Positions 8,301 to 17,329 of a stretch of 64,000 nucleotides of DNA are shown here, one piece after another. The position numbers and the translations under genes are program-made. How positions within the stretch are numbered: position 1 is the stretch's first letter; each line of letters begins with the position of its first letter. The notes under the pieces are model-generated. The model was not told the origin of the DNA and searched no databases. It worked only from the letters and a program-made list of their open reading frames with translations. The stretch is from Tissierellia bacterium (GTDB lineage Bacteria > Bacillota > Clostridia > Tissierellales > Peptoniphilaceae), in contig JAAYEL010000020.1 in NCBI GenBank assembly GCA_012728755.1, forward strand, positions 723-64,722. Reading direction: 5' to 3'.

Positions 8301-9391
8301 TGATTAAGGTCTTGCTGCGCTTTGATGATTTCTTCGTTAAATTCACGCAATCCATCATTATATTCTATTCGACCTTGATTTAAATCCGCTTGGCCTTCGT
8401 CGATCTTATCTTGACCTTCGGCCAGTTGCCTTTTTGCATCTTCTATCTCATCGTAAAATGTCTTTTCATTTTCTTCTAATGTCTTTTTACCATCTTCTAT
8501 TTCTTTTTTAGCATCATCTAAATCAATCTTTGCTTGATCCAGATCTTCTCTAGCTTTTTGAAGCTCTGATTTACCATCCTCAATTTCTTTTCTAGCATCG
8601 GTAAGTTCTTTATTTGCATCATCTTTTATTGAGTTTTCAACCTCTTTAGGTCTAGATTCAAATAAATAAACCAACTCATCTAAAGTTTTTGTCTCAAATA
8701 ATTTGTATTTATCTGACGCAATATCATATCCCTGATTTCTTTCCAAATGCATTATGGCATAATCAGGATAATCTTTTTTTATCACTTCGTCTTTTACAAA
8801 GCCAAAATAATTACCATCTCCAACTTGGCCATTTGCCCTTTGGTTCATGATATAGTCGACACTGTACACGTATCCAACGACTGTTAAATCCGTGTTTGTA
8901 AGTATTTTCTCGTCTTTTTCATTTTCTTTATTTGAAAAAGAAAGCAAATTACCAGTCATATCTCCATGGTCTACAAAGTGTTGATAGTCAAGAGCTATCT
9001 CATTTGGGGATTGTGGTAAGCGACCACTCTTTAGTATAGGAGTGTCTATGTCATTTGTCATAGTGTAAAATTTTATAGAATACTCACCATCTACTAAATT
9101 AAATGTATCTGTCTTTACATATTCTATTTTGTTATTGCCATCTAGCGACTTTAGTAAAGAGACATCATCATCTCGGATGCCTGTATATGAGCTAATTCGA
9201 ACATCATACATCCTATGCTCTTGAATACGAGAGACAATCATCTTTCGTAAATTAGGCACACCAGTTTGAAGTCCGATAAATACAGTCGCACTTAAAGCGG
9301 TCATCGCTATGATGGCTAGATATCTAGTCCATGAATTTTTAATTGTTCTAAATATATCCTTCCATAAGGTAGGATTAAAGTTAAATCTCAT
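5375..9391 (-). CDS. ABC transporter permease, duplicated MacB/FtsX-type, with a roughly 540-aa coiled-coil insert in the first extracytoplasmic domain
   Basis: 1338 aa. It has an N-terminal TM helix, a heptad-rich segment (residues about 245-790) and two FtsX-type helix bundles separated by a second extracytoplasmic domain. It lies immediately downstream of an ABC ATPase gene. Confidence 0.8.
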   Translation of the reverse strand: MRFNFNPTLWKDIFRTIKNSWTRYLAIIAMTALSATVFIGLQTGVPNLRKMIVSRIQEHRMYDVRISSYTGIRDDDVSLLKSLDGNNKIEYVKTDTFNLVDGEYSIKFYTMTNDIDTPILKSGRLPQSPNEIALDYQHFVDHGDMTGNLLSFSNKENEKDEKILTNTDLTVVGYVYSVDYIMNQRANGQVGDGNYFGFVKDEVIKKDYPDYAIMHLERNQGYDIASDKYKLFETKTLDELVYLFESRPKEVENSIKDDANKELTDARKEIEDGKSELQKAREDLDQAKIDLDDAKKEIEDGKKTLEENEKTFYDEIEDAKRQLAEGQDKIDEGQADLNQGRIEYNDGLREFNEEIIKAQQDLNQGKKELDDAKTLLDNSRKEYEDGLQKYNDGVKQLEAGKAEIDKNRKLLEDGEKQLASEKENALTQKSELEKTKAELNENLAQVQEGIAQIEAAILEGYTLEKVQSDIISLNQLIELTKGTVALVQNLTTIDPVAQPEAYQQGLQTALGTLRQLIAITESNSAMASMTENLKQAESLLANDGSNIESVNQALAIISRVKESLDSNVSQLQQLIEPLTTLNELKKNETQIQSGLDQVNTGLAQIEEGLKLIAQKEKELSDNKTLLEEEAKKLDAAQKRLDDSKKVLDDALVKLNNGETELNNGLAEYQKGLEEFNQQKASGQKTLDDALAEIESGQRELDDSQRTLNESRDTLAFEEQDGLQKLDEARNELLDGEKKYQDGLKEYQDGLETFNKEQKDALKEIADGEKKIEDIQKDIDNLRVPLYNIQGKYDNPAFFSYIDQSKSLNNLSYIFTLMFYLVAILVTLTTILRMVETERTQIGTMKALGYSRRTILGKYLAYGLSAGIIGAILGIIIGYYLFMPPVISAYVTSTNLSDNPMIFEYDKALLIFVVTIVLISSTIIFSIMNNLRENAASLMRPKPPKEAKRTLLEKIPLLWNKLSFLNKVSFRNVMRHKIRMLMTIAGVSGSFALIAMAFGLQYSIDTVADKQFGDVYKYQAQLVYDKNADDYEDMIKFLDKDSNGYLSIIYQTGSAKTPSGFNEDINVVATDKISDINNFISLKDRTSSENYILKDGYVIISEKLSKAVGKGVGDRFRFKDSNGIQREFEIMAITEQYFNHQIYMSEKTYLKSVDDKQDQNTLLIKLNNSDESSMNDFEKKLNDYDANINFMPVLDMEETLTSLSESLNVIIVLIIGISALLTFVVLYNLTNINISERIREISTIKVLGFRPHEVASYIFKENYILTFIGMLVGMGLARIMHLIIVYSLSPGAFLFNPFMNPISYLYAMLIVTAFTLLVMLAARREMNRINMVEALKAVD

Positions 9392-9424
9392 AGAATCACC
9401 ATCTTTTTGTAAATTTAATCTATA

Positions 9425-10126
9425 TTACCATTCAATATTTTCAATAGGTACGGGTTTTTCATTCTTAGTTGTCTTTTTTACTTTTGCATCTCTTATCTCA
9501 ATTACTTTATCAGCCATAGGCGCTACAGCGCCGTTATGAGTGATTACTATAACTGTAGTGCCAGTCTTTTTACAAGTATCGTGTAAAAGCTTAAGGATTT
9601 GCTTGCCTGTATTATAATCTAGGGCACCTGTGGGTTCGTCACATAGTAAAATTTTTGGATTCTTTGCCAAAGCCCTTGCTATGGCAACTCTTTGTTGCTC
9701 TCCTCCTGATAATTGAGAAGGAAAATTATCCAATCTATGCTCAAGGCCTACCATGCTCAAAGTTTCCTTCGGATCAAATGCATGAGGGACTATTTGAGTT
9801 GCCATCTCTACATTTTCTAGCACTGTAAGATTTGGGATAAGATTGTAAAATTGAAATACAAATCCGATGGCGAATCTTCTATAATCAGTTAGTTCTTTTT
9901 GCGAATATGAAGATACTAATTTTCCATCAACGATTATCTCTCCTTCGTCAAGAGTGTCAAGTCCACCTAGGATATTTAGGGTAGTTGATTTACCAGCACC
10001 TGATGGGCCGACAATGATAACAAATTCGCCTTCATCTATATCAAAGTTTACGCCATTATTTGCGTGGATGATATTATCACCCATCTTATAAACTTTATGT
10101 ACATCTTTAAAACTTATATATGCCAT
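9425..10126 (-). CDS. ABC transporter ATP-binding protein (MacB/LolD-type)
   Basis: 233 aa. Walker [10 protein letters not shown], signature LSGGEQQR, Walker B ILLCDEPT. Confidence 0.9.
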   Translation of the reverse strand: MAYISFKDVHKVYKMGDNIIHANNGVNFDIDEGEFVIIVGPSGAGKSTTLNILGGLDTLDEGEIIVDGKLVSSYSQKELTDYRRFAIGFVFQFYNLIPNLTVLENVEMATQIVPHAFDPKETLSMVGLEHRLDNFPSQLSGGEQQRVAIARALAKNPKILLCDEPTGALDYNTGKQILKLLHDTCKKTGTTVIVITHNGAVAPMADKVIEIRDAKVKKTTKNEKPVPIENIEW

Positions 10127-10253
10127 ATCTAGCCTCTTTCATAATTTTTACAAAAATTCTTCATAATTTCTTAACATCTTCTATATATATTATACTCAAG
10201 GACAAGGCTTATTGCTCAAATTTATTTTGACATGATAAGCGAAGGAGGAAAAT

Positions 10254-11648
10254 ATGAGTGATAATAATCTATTTGATTGGTTAAACAATAATGACAATGA
10301 GGACAACAAGAATAATTCAAATGAAAGTGGTTTTGAGAGTCAAGAGACTAATAGATTTAATAATATAAATCCATCCAGTATTGACTCAAACGCTGGTTCA
10401 AACGAGAGACATTTTTCAGACCATGAATATGAATTTGAAAGAGCTAAGAGGGAATTTTACGAAAATAAAGAACGAGAAGAAAAACAAAAAGAACAGGAAA
10501 AGCTAAGAGGAATCATACAAGAAGAGGTAAGAAAATCAAAACCTAAATATGGTTTTCTTAGAGCTTTAGCCCTTGTGCTTGTCGGATCTGTTATAGGTTC
10601 ATTTATAGGTTTTGGAGTAGGTAAGAGCAATGATAAGAAACAAGTGGCTATTAGCTCAAATAATCCTACATCAATAAGCATATCAGCTAATGAAGAGGTA
10701 AATGTAGAAAATGCAGTTGCTGAAAAATCTATCCCATCAGTAGTAGGGATTCAAGTTAATATAACAAGACAAGGTGGATTCTTTGGAGAGCAAATACTTC
10801 AAGGTGAAGCGATAGGTTCAGGAGTTATAGTTAGTGAAGATGGATATATCATAACAAATGCACATGTTATCGCAGATGCTACAGAAGATAATATCAATAT
10901 ACTATTTCACAATAATGATAAAGCACAAGCTAAGTTGATTTGGAAAGATGAAAATATAGATTTAGCGATAATAAAGACTGATAGTACAGGATTGACACCG
11001 ATGGAGCTTGCAGACTCAGATGATGTTAAGATAGGCGATAAAGCGATAGCTATTGGTAATCCAGTAGGTTTAAATCTTCAATCAACACTTACTTCAGGAT
11101 ATATCTCAGGTACAAATAGAAGTATTCAGATGCAAAATGGATATGTGATGGATGGGTTATTTCAAACAGATGCATCAATTAATTCAGGAAATAGCGGTGG
11201 TGCTTTAGTTAATAGCAAAGGACAACTTATCGGAATTAATACAGCAAAAGTTCAAAGCACAGATGGTATTGGTTTTGCTATACCAGTAAATGTAGCAAAA
11301 TCTATCATTAACTCAGTAATCGATAAAGGGTCATTCCAATCAGTTCAATTAGGAATTCAAGGGGTAAACCTTGATATTTACAGACAAAGATATGAATTAG
11401 ACTTTAAGGTTGATTCGACAGATGGAGTGCTAGTTATGGAAGTTGTCGATGGTGGTAATGCTTCAAGGACTGATATTAAGCCAAAAGACGTTATAGTTAG
11501 TATAGATGGAGTAAAGATTGAATCTATGAACAAACTTAAACAAGTGCTTCTGAAGTACTCAGCAAATGATAAGGCGACAATAGATATTATTAGAGACGGA
11601 AAGGTAAAACAAGTTGAGTTGACATTTTACCCTGAGTCAAACGCTTAG
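10254..11648 (+). CDS. htrA: HtrA/DegP-family trypsin-like serine protease with C-terminal PDZ domain and a disordered N-terminal tail
   Basis: 464 aa. Catalytic triad contexts TNAHV, DLAIIK and GNSGGAL. One TM helix after a low-complexity N/E/K-rich head. GGAGG RBS. Confidence 0.85.
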   Translation: MSDNNLFDWLNNNDNEDNKNNSNESGFESQETNRFNNINPSSIDSNAGSNERHFSDHEYEFERAKREFYENKEREEKQKEQEKLRGIIQEEVRKSKPKYGFLRALALVLVGSVIGSFIGFGVGKSNDKKQVAISSNNPTSISISANEEVNVENAVAEKSIPSVVGIQVNITRQGGFFGEQILQGEAIGSGVIVSEDGYIITNAHVIADATEDNINILFHNNDKAQAKLIWKDENIDLAIIKTDSTGLTPMELADSDDVKIGDKAIAIGNPVGLNLQSTLTSGYISGTNRSIQMQNGYVMDGLFQTDASINSGNSGGALVNSKGQLIGINTAKVQSTDGIGFAIPVNVAKSIINSVIDKGSFQSVQLGIQGVNLDIYRQRYELDFKVDSTDGVLVMEVVDGGNASRTDIKPKDVIVSIDGVKIESMNKLKQVLLKYSANDKATIDIIRDGKVKQVELTFYPESNA

Positions 11649-11652
11649 TTCT

Positions 11653-12333
11653 ATGTTTTCAATAGAACAGGGCTTCCTAGTAAATGGGAAGGCTCATAAG
11701 ATAAATGTATGTGAAAAAGATTTTGAGTTATTCAAAAAGAAATATTTTGAAGTAACAAGGTCTTTGACGATAGATGAGATTGTGGATTACAGCGTTAATC
11801 CAGATCAAAAAACTAGAATCATTGTGGATATCTTTTATGAAGATGAAGATGATTTTAGAAAAAAAGAAAAAGTAGTGAGATCCTTTGGGCCAATTTTCGA
11901 GATAGCTCTTGACAATACCTACCAAGAAAATGACGACAGATATCTCCTTAAATATCGAAAACAAGGAGCTTATTTTGAAAAAGAGGATGGTTATTTTAGG
12001 TTTTCATTAGGTGATTCTAATGAACCAAGTATAAGCTTTTCGATGATTGCATTAGTATATGCGCTAATTTATGAAGGGATAATTCTTCAAAAATTAGATG
12101 AAAAATTTGAACGCATCACACCCGCAATCATAGACGGTGGCTACAATTCAGCCTCATTCAATGGTCTTCAAGGTTACTATTTTTCAAATTACTTTGTAAA
12201 ATGGCTTTTAGATATAAAGAGCCTCGCTAATAAATATTCTTCAATTGATGGAGCAGAATTTGATCCATTATATGCATTAATATGGAATTTAGAAAATCCA
12301 AAAGATGCGATGCTAAATAATAAAAACATTTAG
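11653..12333 (+). CDS. hypothetical protein
   Basis: 226-aa ORF starting 5 nt after the htrA stop. No convincing RBS and no motif I recognise; codon usage matches the neighbours. Confidence 0.4.
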   Translation: MFSIEQGFLVNGKAHKINVCEKDFELFKKKYFEVTRSLTIDEIVDYSVNPDQKTRIIVDIFYEDEDDFRKKEKVVRSFGPIFEIALDNTYQENDDRYLLKYRKQGAYFEKEDGYFRFSLGDSNEPSISFSMIALVYALIYEGIILQKLDEKFERITPAIIDGGYNSASFNGLQGYYFSNYFVKWLLDIKSLANKYSSIDGAEFDPLYALIWNLENPKDAMLNNKNI

Positions 12334-12424
12334 TTATAGGATAAATTTGCATGCAAAATTTTCATGAAAAAACTTATAAACAAGTTGCCCACAAAAAATA
12401 GAATAAGAATTGGCTAAATAACGG

Positions 12425-12457
12425 TTATCCACAAGTTATCCACAAAAATGTGGATAA
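12425..12457. promoter_or_regulatory. cluster of three perfect DnaA boxes
   Basis: TTATCCACA at 12425-12433 and 12436-12444, and TGTGGATAA at 12449-12457. A degenerate box TTGCCCACA lies at 12385-12393. Confidence 0.7.
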
Positions 12458-12465
12458 CTTTTTTT
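12435..12465 (+). terminator. intrinsic terminator built from two inverted DnaA boxes
   Basis: GTTATCCACA-AAAA-TGTGGATAAC followed by TTTTTTT. Confidence 0.65.
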
Positions 12466-12618
12466 GTTTTCGGTGACTTCATAAATATTAGGCAACGTTT
12501 AGAAAATTAATTATGCAAAATATTTTACCTTTTTTAGATGAAAAATTACGAAAATTTTTGTTAAAAGATATCTAATATGGGTAAATTAGAAATAACAACC
12601 AAATAAGGAGGGAACACC

Positions 12619-13155
12619 ATGAAAATTAATTATGTGGGAAAAAACATTACTATCAGAGAAAACTTTAAAGAAACTGTAGAAAAGAAGCTTCTAAGACTTG
12701 ATAAGTTCTTCGATGAAGATGTTGAGATGAAGGCAACATTCTCAACAATAGGAAACTTTAAGACTGTCGAAGTAACGATTTGGTTGAAATCAGGTACGAT
12801 AATTAGAACGGAAGAAACTTCTGACGATATGCTAGCATCTGTTGATATGGCAGTTGAATCTCTTGATGGTCAGTTAAGAAAATACAAAACAAAACTTAAA
12901 GCAAAGAAAACAAATGAATCAATTAGATTTGATCAAGTAGCCGAAGATGAAGAAACATTGTCAGAAGACGATAAGCCAAATATAGTAAGAGTAAAAGAAA
13001 TAGGCTTAAAACCAATGTTTGTTGAAGATGCAGTAATGCAAATGGAATTATTAGGACACGATTTCTTCGTATACGAAGATGCAGAAACAAACCTTGTTTC
13101 AGTAGTATACAAAAGAAACGATGGCAACTTTGGATTGATTGAACCAAGAAGATAA
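12619..13155 (+). CDS. hpf: ribosome hibernation promoting factor, long form
   Basis: 178 aa. MKINYVGKNITI start, an N-terminal RaiA/HPF fold and a C-terminal dimerisation domain. AAGGAGGG RBS. Confidence 0.9.
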   Translation: MKINYVGKNITIRENFKETVEKKLLRLDKFFDEDVEMKATFSTIGNFKTVEVTIWLKSGTIIRTEETSDDMLASVDMAVESLDGQLRKYKTKLKAKKTNESIRFDQVAEDEETLSEDDKPNIVRVKEIGLKPMFVEDAVMQMELLGHDFFVYEDAETNLVSVVYKRNDGNFGLIEPRR

Positions 13156-13190
13156 ACTTTTCCATGAAAGGATCCCAGCTGCAGTGTCTT

Positions 13191-13337
13191 TTCGAATTCA
13201 AATTTTTCGAGAGCTGGTCCTCAGGGCGAGGCTTGTTAAATAAATAAAACGTTCGCTGTTCATATATTGAGCAGCGATTTTTTTTATTTAATCGTCGCTT
13301 CATCCCTTGCGGAGGCTTCAAAAAATTTGAATTCGAA
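13191..13337. repeat. palindromic cassette enclosing the hpf terminator
   Basis: Perfect 17-bp inverted repeat TTCGAATTCAAATTTTT (13191-13207) / AAAAATTTGAATTCGAA (13321-13337). The left 34 nt recur in inverted orientation at 35318-35351 (29 of 34 identical). Confidence 0.8.
13253..13285 (+). terminator. intrinsic terminator of hpf
   Basis: TCGCTGTTCA-TATAT-TGAGCAGCGA followed by TTTTTTTT. Confidence 0.8.
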
Positions 13338-13490
13338 AAAATCAGGGTTGGGTCTACTGAATTTTGTGGAGGAGTAGGGTTTCGTTTAGAGCTGGGGCTA
13401 GTGAAGAGTGGAAGGTTTAGCGAATTAAACCTTCCACATTTCTTTAGACAGAAAGCGACCGTTGGTCGCTATCTTTTTAAACAGTGCTTT

Positions 13491-13798
13491 TCCCTAAGAC
13501 ACAGAGCAAAGTTATGCTTTCTTAGGGACGTTCAGGGGGATAATTCCCTAAGACACAGAACATTGCAGTATATTCTTAGGGACAATTATGGCTGAAATTC
13601 CCTAAGATACAGTAAAAAGTATTGGAATCTTAGGGAAATTCAGCTTTGAAATTCCCTAAGACATGAAGAAAAACACTTGTATCTTAGGAAAAAAGCATGC
13701 GTACTGCCCCTAAGAGATGAAGAAAAATCCTCGCGTCTTAGGGAAAATGGAGCCAAAGTGCCCCTAAGAAAACAACTAAAGTTATTGAGTCTTAGGGA
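13491..13798. repeat. tandem hairpin array, 6 units of about 54 bp (stem family TCCCTAAGA)
   Basis: Unit is (T/C)CCCTAAGA - about 20 nt - TCTTAGGGA. Left arms start at 13491, 13545, 13599, 13653, 13708 and 13762. Confidence 0.95.
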
Positions 13799-13893
13799 AT
13801 TTAAGAATGATAGGTTTAGCGTAGCTAAACCTTCCTTTTTTTGTATAGAAAGTGGCTTGCTGCGCAAGCTTCTGTTTTTAAAATTTGAAGCTT

Positions 13894-14371
13894 ACGTGCT
13901 AGTTTACTCAAAACCCCAAAACTAACACGTATAAATCAGCCGTACCATACGTGCTAGTTTGTCCTAACTCCCAAAACTAGCACGTAAAAATCTGCAGCAC
14001 AATACGTTCTAGTTTGCTCGAACCCCCAAAACTAACACGTATAAATCAGCCGTACCATACGTGTTAGTTTGTCCAAAATCCCAAAACTAGCACGTAAACT
14101 GCCCCCGTAGCATACGTGTTAGTTTGCCCAAAATCCCAAAACTAGCACGTAAACTGCCCCCGTAGTATACGTGTTAGTTTGCCCAAAACCCCAAAACTAG
14201 CACGTAAACTGCCCCCGTAGTATACGTGTTAGTTTGCTCAAAATCCCAAAACTAGCACGTATAAATCAGCAGTACCATACGTGTTAGTTTGCTCGAAAAC
14301 CCCAAAACTAACACGTAAACTGCCCTCGTACCATACGTGTTAGTTTGCCCGAAACCCCACAACTAGCATGT
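13894..14371. repeat. tandem hairpin array, 9 units of 55 bp (stem family ACGTGCTAGTTT)
   Basis: Left arms start at 13894, 13949, 14004, 14059, 14114, 14169, 14224, 14279 and 14335. Same unit as 4987-5243. Confidence 0.95.
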
Positions 14372-14593
14372 TTTCTCACCTCGCCTAACACAATGACAGT
14401 TTTCGCTTTCGCAAAAACTTACCTTCTTTATGAGAAAGTAGCTTGCGTATGCAAGCTTCTATACTTATTACATATTTACTCGATATGGTCTTGGTATTAT
14501 CATGATATGTTTTGTTGAGATGGTGGGTAAATATTGTCTAAATCTCAATATAATGATAAGATAAAGGGTAGTTAAAAACGAAAAGGAGACGAC

Positions 14594-17317
14594 ATGGGAT
14601 TATTTGGAAGATTATTTAAATCGTTTAGTGAAAAAGAAATAGATAAGATAATGCCTCAAGTGGATAAGGTACTTTCGCTTGAATCAGAATATGAAAAGCT
14701 AACAGATGAACAGTTAAGAGAAAAGACAAATGAATTTAAAAATAGATTAAACAACGGTGAGACTTTGGATGATATATTGCCAGAAGCATTTGCTACAGTA
14801 AGAGAGGCTTCATTTAGAGTTTTAGGGATGAAGCATTATAAGGTGCAAATTATTGGGGGGATTATTCTTCACCAAGGTAGTATTTCTGAGATGAAAACGG
14901 GTGAAGGTAAGACTTTAGTGGCTACTTTACCTGCTTATTTGAATGCCTTAAATGGCAAGGGTGTCCATGTTGTTACAGTAAATGACTATTTGGCGCAAAG
15001 AGATATGGAGTGGATGGGTAAAGTCTATAACTTCCTTGGTCTGAGTGTTGGATGTATCATTTATGGACTTACTCAAAAAGAAAGACAAGAAAACTATAAT
15101 GCAGATATTACTTATGGTACAAATAACCAGTTTGGTTTTGACTATTTGAGAGATAACATGGAAATCTACAAGGAAGATACCGTTCAAAGAGGATTGGCAT
15201 ATGCCATTGTCGATGAGGTTGACTCGATTTTGATAGATGAGGCGAGAACTCCACTTATCATATCTGGTAAAGGTGATAAGTCTACAGATTTATATAAGAT
15301 AGCTGATAATTTTGTTAAGGGTCTTACAGGAAGAGTTCTTGATCCAAGTGAGACTGAGAAAAACAAATTAGATATGATTTTAGATGAACAAAAAGAAGAA
15401 ACTGTAGATTTTCTTGTAGATGAGAAAAGAAAAACAGCCAACCTTACTGAAGTAGGTACGGGAAGAGCTGAAAAATATTTTAATGTTGAAAACTTAGCCG
15501 ACCCTGAGAATATGGAAATCATGCATCATATTAATCAGGCTTTAAAGGCTAGAAATACTATGCATAGAGATATTGATTATGTAGTAAATGGTGATGAGAT
15601 TCAAATAGTTGATGAATTTACTGGACGTATCATGCAAGGTAGAAGGTATTCAGATGGTTTGCATCAAGCTATAGAAGCTAAAGAAAATGTAGAAGTAAAG
15701 AGCGAATCAAAGACACTTGCGACTATTACATTTCAAAATTATTTTAGGATGTATGGCAAATTAGCTGGTATGACAGGTACTGCTATGACTGAAAAGGATG
15801 AGTTTGCTGAGATCTATAATATGGATGTTATAGAAGCACCTACTAATAAGCCTGTAATCAGAAATGACGAAAATGATAGAGTTTATGTAAATGAGATGGC
15901 TAAATTTAAGGCAGTTGTTCAAGATATTATAGAAACTCATAAGACAGGTCAGCCAATACTTGTTGGTACGATATCAATTGAAAAATCAGAGATATTATCT
16001 GCTTTACTTAAAAGAGAAAGAATACCTCATGAGGTACTAAATGCTAAACAACATGAAAGAGAAGCCGAGATAGTAGCTCAAGCAGGACGTTTTGGTACTA
16101 TTACTATTGCTACTAACATGGCAGGAAGAGGTACGGATATAGTTCTTGGTGGAAATCCAGAATTTAGAGCAAAACAAGATATGAGAAAACAAGGCCTTGA
16201 AGAGCATCTTATAGAAGCGGCTGACTCTTATGCAGATACAAATGATCAAGAGATATTAGCTGCAAGAGAGATGTTTAGAAGTCTTAAAGCCCAATATAAG
16301 GAAGAGACTGATGAAAATGCTAGAAAGGTTATCGCTGCTGGCGGACTTTATATCATAGGTACAGAAAGACATGAGTCTAGACGTATAGATAATCAGCTTA
16401 GAGGTAGATCTGGTAGACAGGGAGACCCTGGAAGATCTAGATTTTATGTATCACTTGACGATGATTTAATGAGACTATTTGGTGGACCTACTTTGCAAAG
16501 GTTCGGAGCTTTCCCAGAAGATGAACCAATTGAAGCTAAGATACTTTCATCAAGTATAGAAAGAGCTCAAAGAAAGGTAGAATCAAATAACTTTGCTATG
16601 AGAAAACGTGTATTAGAATACGATAACGTTATGAATAAGCAAAGAGAAGTTATCTACAATGAAAGAAATTCAGTGCTAAATGGTGAAGATATTAAATCAA
16701 ATATTACTCATATGATTGATATGTTGATTGAAGAAGCAGTAGACAGTTTCTGTGCTCAAGGACTTAATAAGGACCAATGGGAAATAGAAGGTTTAGTGAA
16801 CTATCTTCAAGGGATTTATTTACCAGCACAAGCTTGGGAACATATAAATATAACTAATGATAGAGATGACCTAAAACAACAACTTAAGAATCTTTCATAT
16901 AAAATGTATGAAGTTAAGGAAGAAGAGTTGGGCGAGGATATGAGAGAAATCGAAAGAGTAGTATTACTTAGAGTGGTAGATACGAAATGGATGGATCATA
17001 TTGATGCCATGGATCAGCTAAAACAAGGAATCGGTGTTCGTGCATTTGGTAATGACGACCCTGTAAGAGCTTTTAGCAACGAAGGCTACGAGATGTTTAA
17101 TGAGATGAATAGAAGCATCAGGGAAGATACTATTAGAAACATCTATCATGTTTATAAGGAGTCTAAAGTAGAGCGAAATAAGGTAGCTCAAGAAGTTGAA
17201 GCACCACAAGATGGTCCAAAACAACCTATTAAGCGTAAGGAAAAAAAGGTTGGTAGAAATGACCCTTGTCCATGTGGAAGTGGTAAAAAATATAAACATT
17301 GCCATGGAAAGAACTAA
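14594..17317 (+). CDS. secA: preprotein translocase ATPase SecA
   Basis: 907 aa. MKTGEGKTL Walker [19 protein letters not shown] motif, C-terminal zinc finger [14 protein letters not shown]. Confidence 0.97.
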   Translation: MGLFGRLFKSFSEKEIDKIMPQVDKVLSLESEYEKLTDEQLREKTNEFKNRLNNGETLDDILPEAFATVREASFRVLGMKHYKVQIIGGIILHQGSISEMKTGEGKTLVATLPAYLNALNGKGVHVVTVNDYLAQRDMEWMGKVYNFLGLSVGCIIYGLTQKERQENYNADITYGTNNQFGFDYLRDNMEIYKEDTVQRGLAYAIVDEVDSILIDEARTPLIISGKGDKSTDLYKIADNFVKGLTGRVLDPSETEKNKLDMILDEQKEETVDFLVDEKRKTANLTEVGTGRAEKYFNVENLADPENMEIMHHINQALKARNTMHRDIDYVVNGDEIQIVDEFTGRIMQGRRYSDGLHQAIEAKENVEVKSESKTLATITFQNYFRMYGKLAGMTGTAMTEKDEFAEIYNMDVIEAPTNKPVIRNDENDRVYVNEMAKFKAVVQDIIETHKTGQPILVGTISIEKSEILSALLKRERIPHEVLNAKQHEREAEIVAQAGRFGTITIATNMAGRGTDIVLGGNPEFRAKQDMRKQGLEEHLIEAADSYADTNDQEILAAREMFRSLKAQYKEETDENARKVIAAGGLYIIGTERHESRRIDNQLRGRSGRQGDPGRSRFYVSLDDDLMRLFGGPTLQRFGAFPEDEPIEAKILSSSIERAQRKVESNNFAMRKRVLEYDNVMNKQREVIYNERNSVLNGEDIKSNITHMIDMLIEEAVDSFCAQGLNKDQWEIEGLVNYLQGIYLPAQAWEHINITNDRDDLKQQLKNLSYKMYEVKEEELGEDMREIERVVLLRVVDTKWMDHIDAMDQLKQGIGVRAFGNDDPVRAFSNEGYEMFNEMNRSIREDTIRNIYHVYKESKVERNKVAQEVEAPQDGPKQPIKRKEKKVGRNDPCPCGSGKKYKHCHGKN

Positions 17318-17329
17318 ATAGAGGATATT

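Noticed and set aside
12385-12465. Calling the DnaA-box cluster the chromosomal origin (oriC)
   Set aside because: There is no dnaA or dnaN gene and no obvious AT-rich unwinding element with 13-mer or 27-mer repeats nearby. There are only three full boxes. The cluster is better described as a secondary DnaA-box cluster near the origin-proximal region.
13401-13925. ORF-track entries 13401..13595, 13640..13867 and 13677..13925, and likewise 54837..55055, 35112..35297 and 35209..35511, as protein-coding genes
   Set aside because: They lie entirely in the hairpin arrays or palindromic modules. Their translations are periodic low-complexity strings dictated by the repeat (for example recurring SLRH / LRE). 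They overlap each other on both strands and have no RBS.
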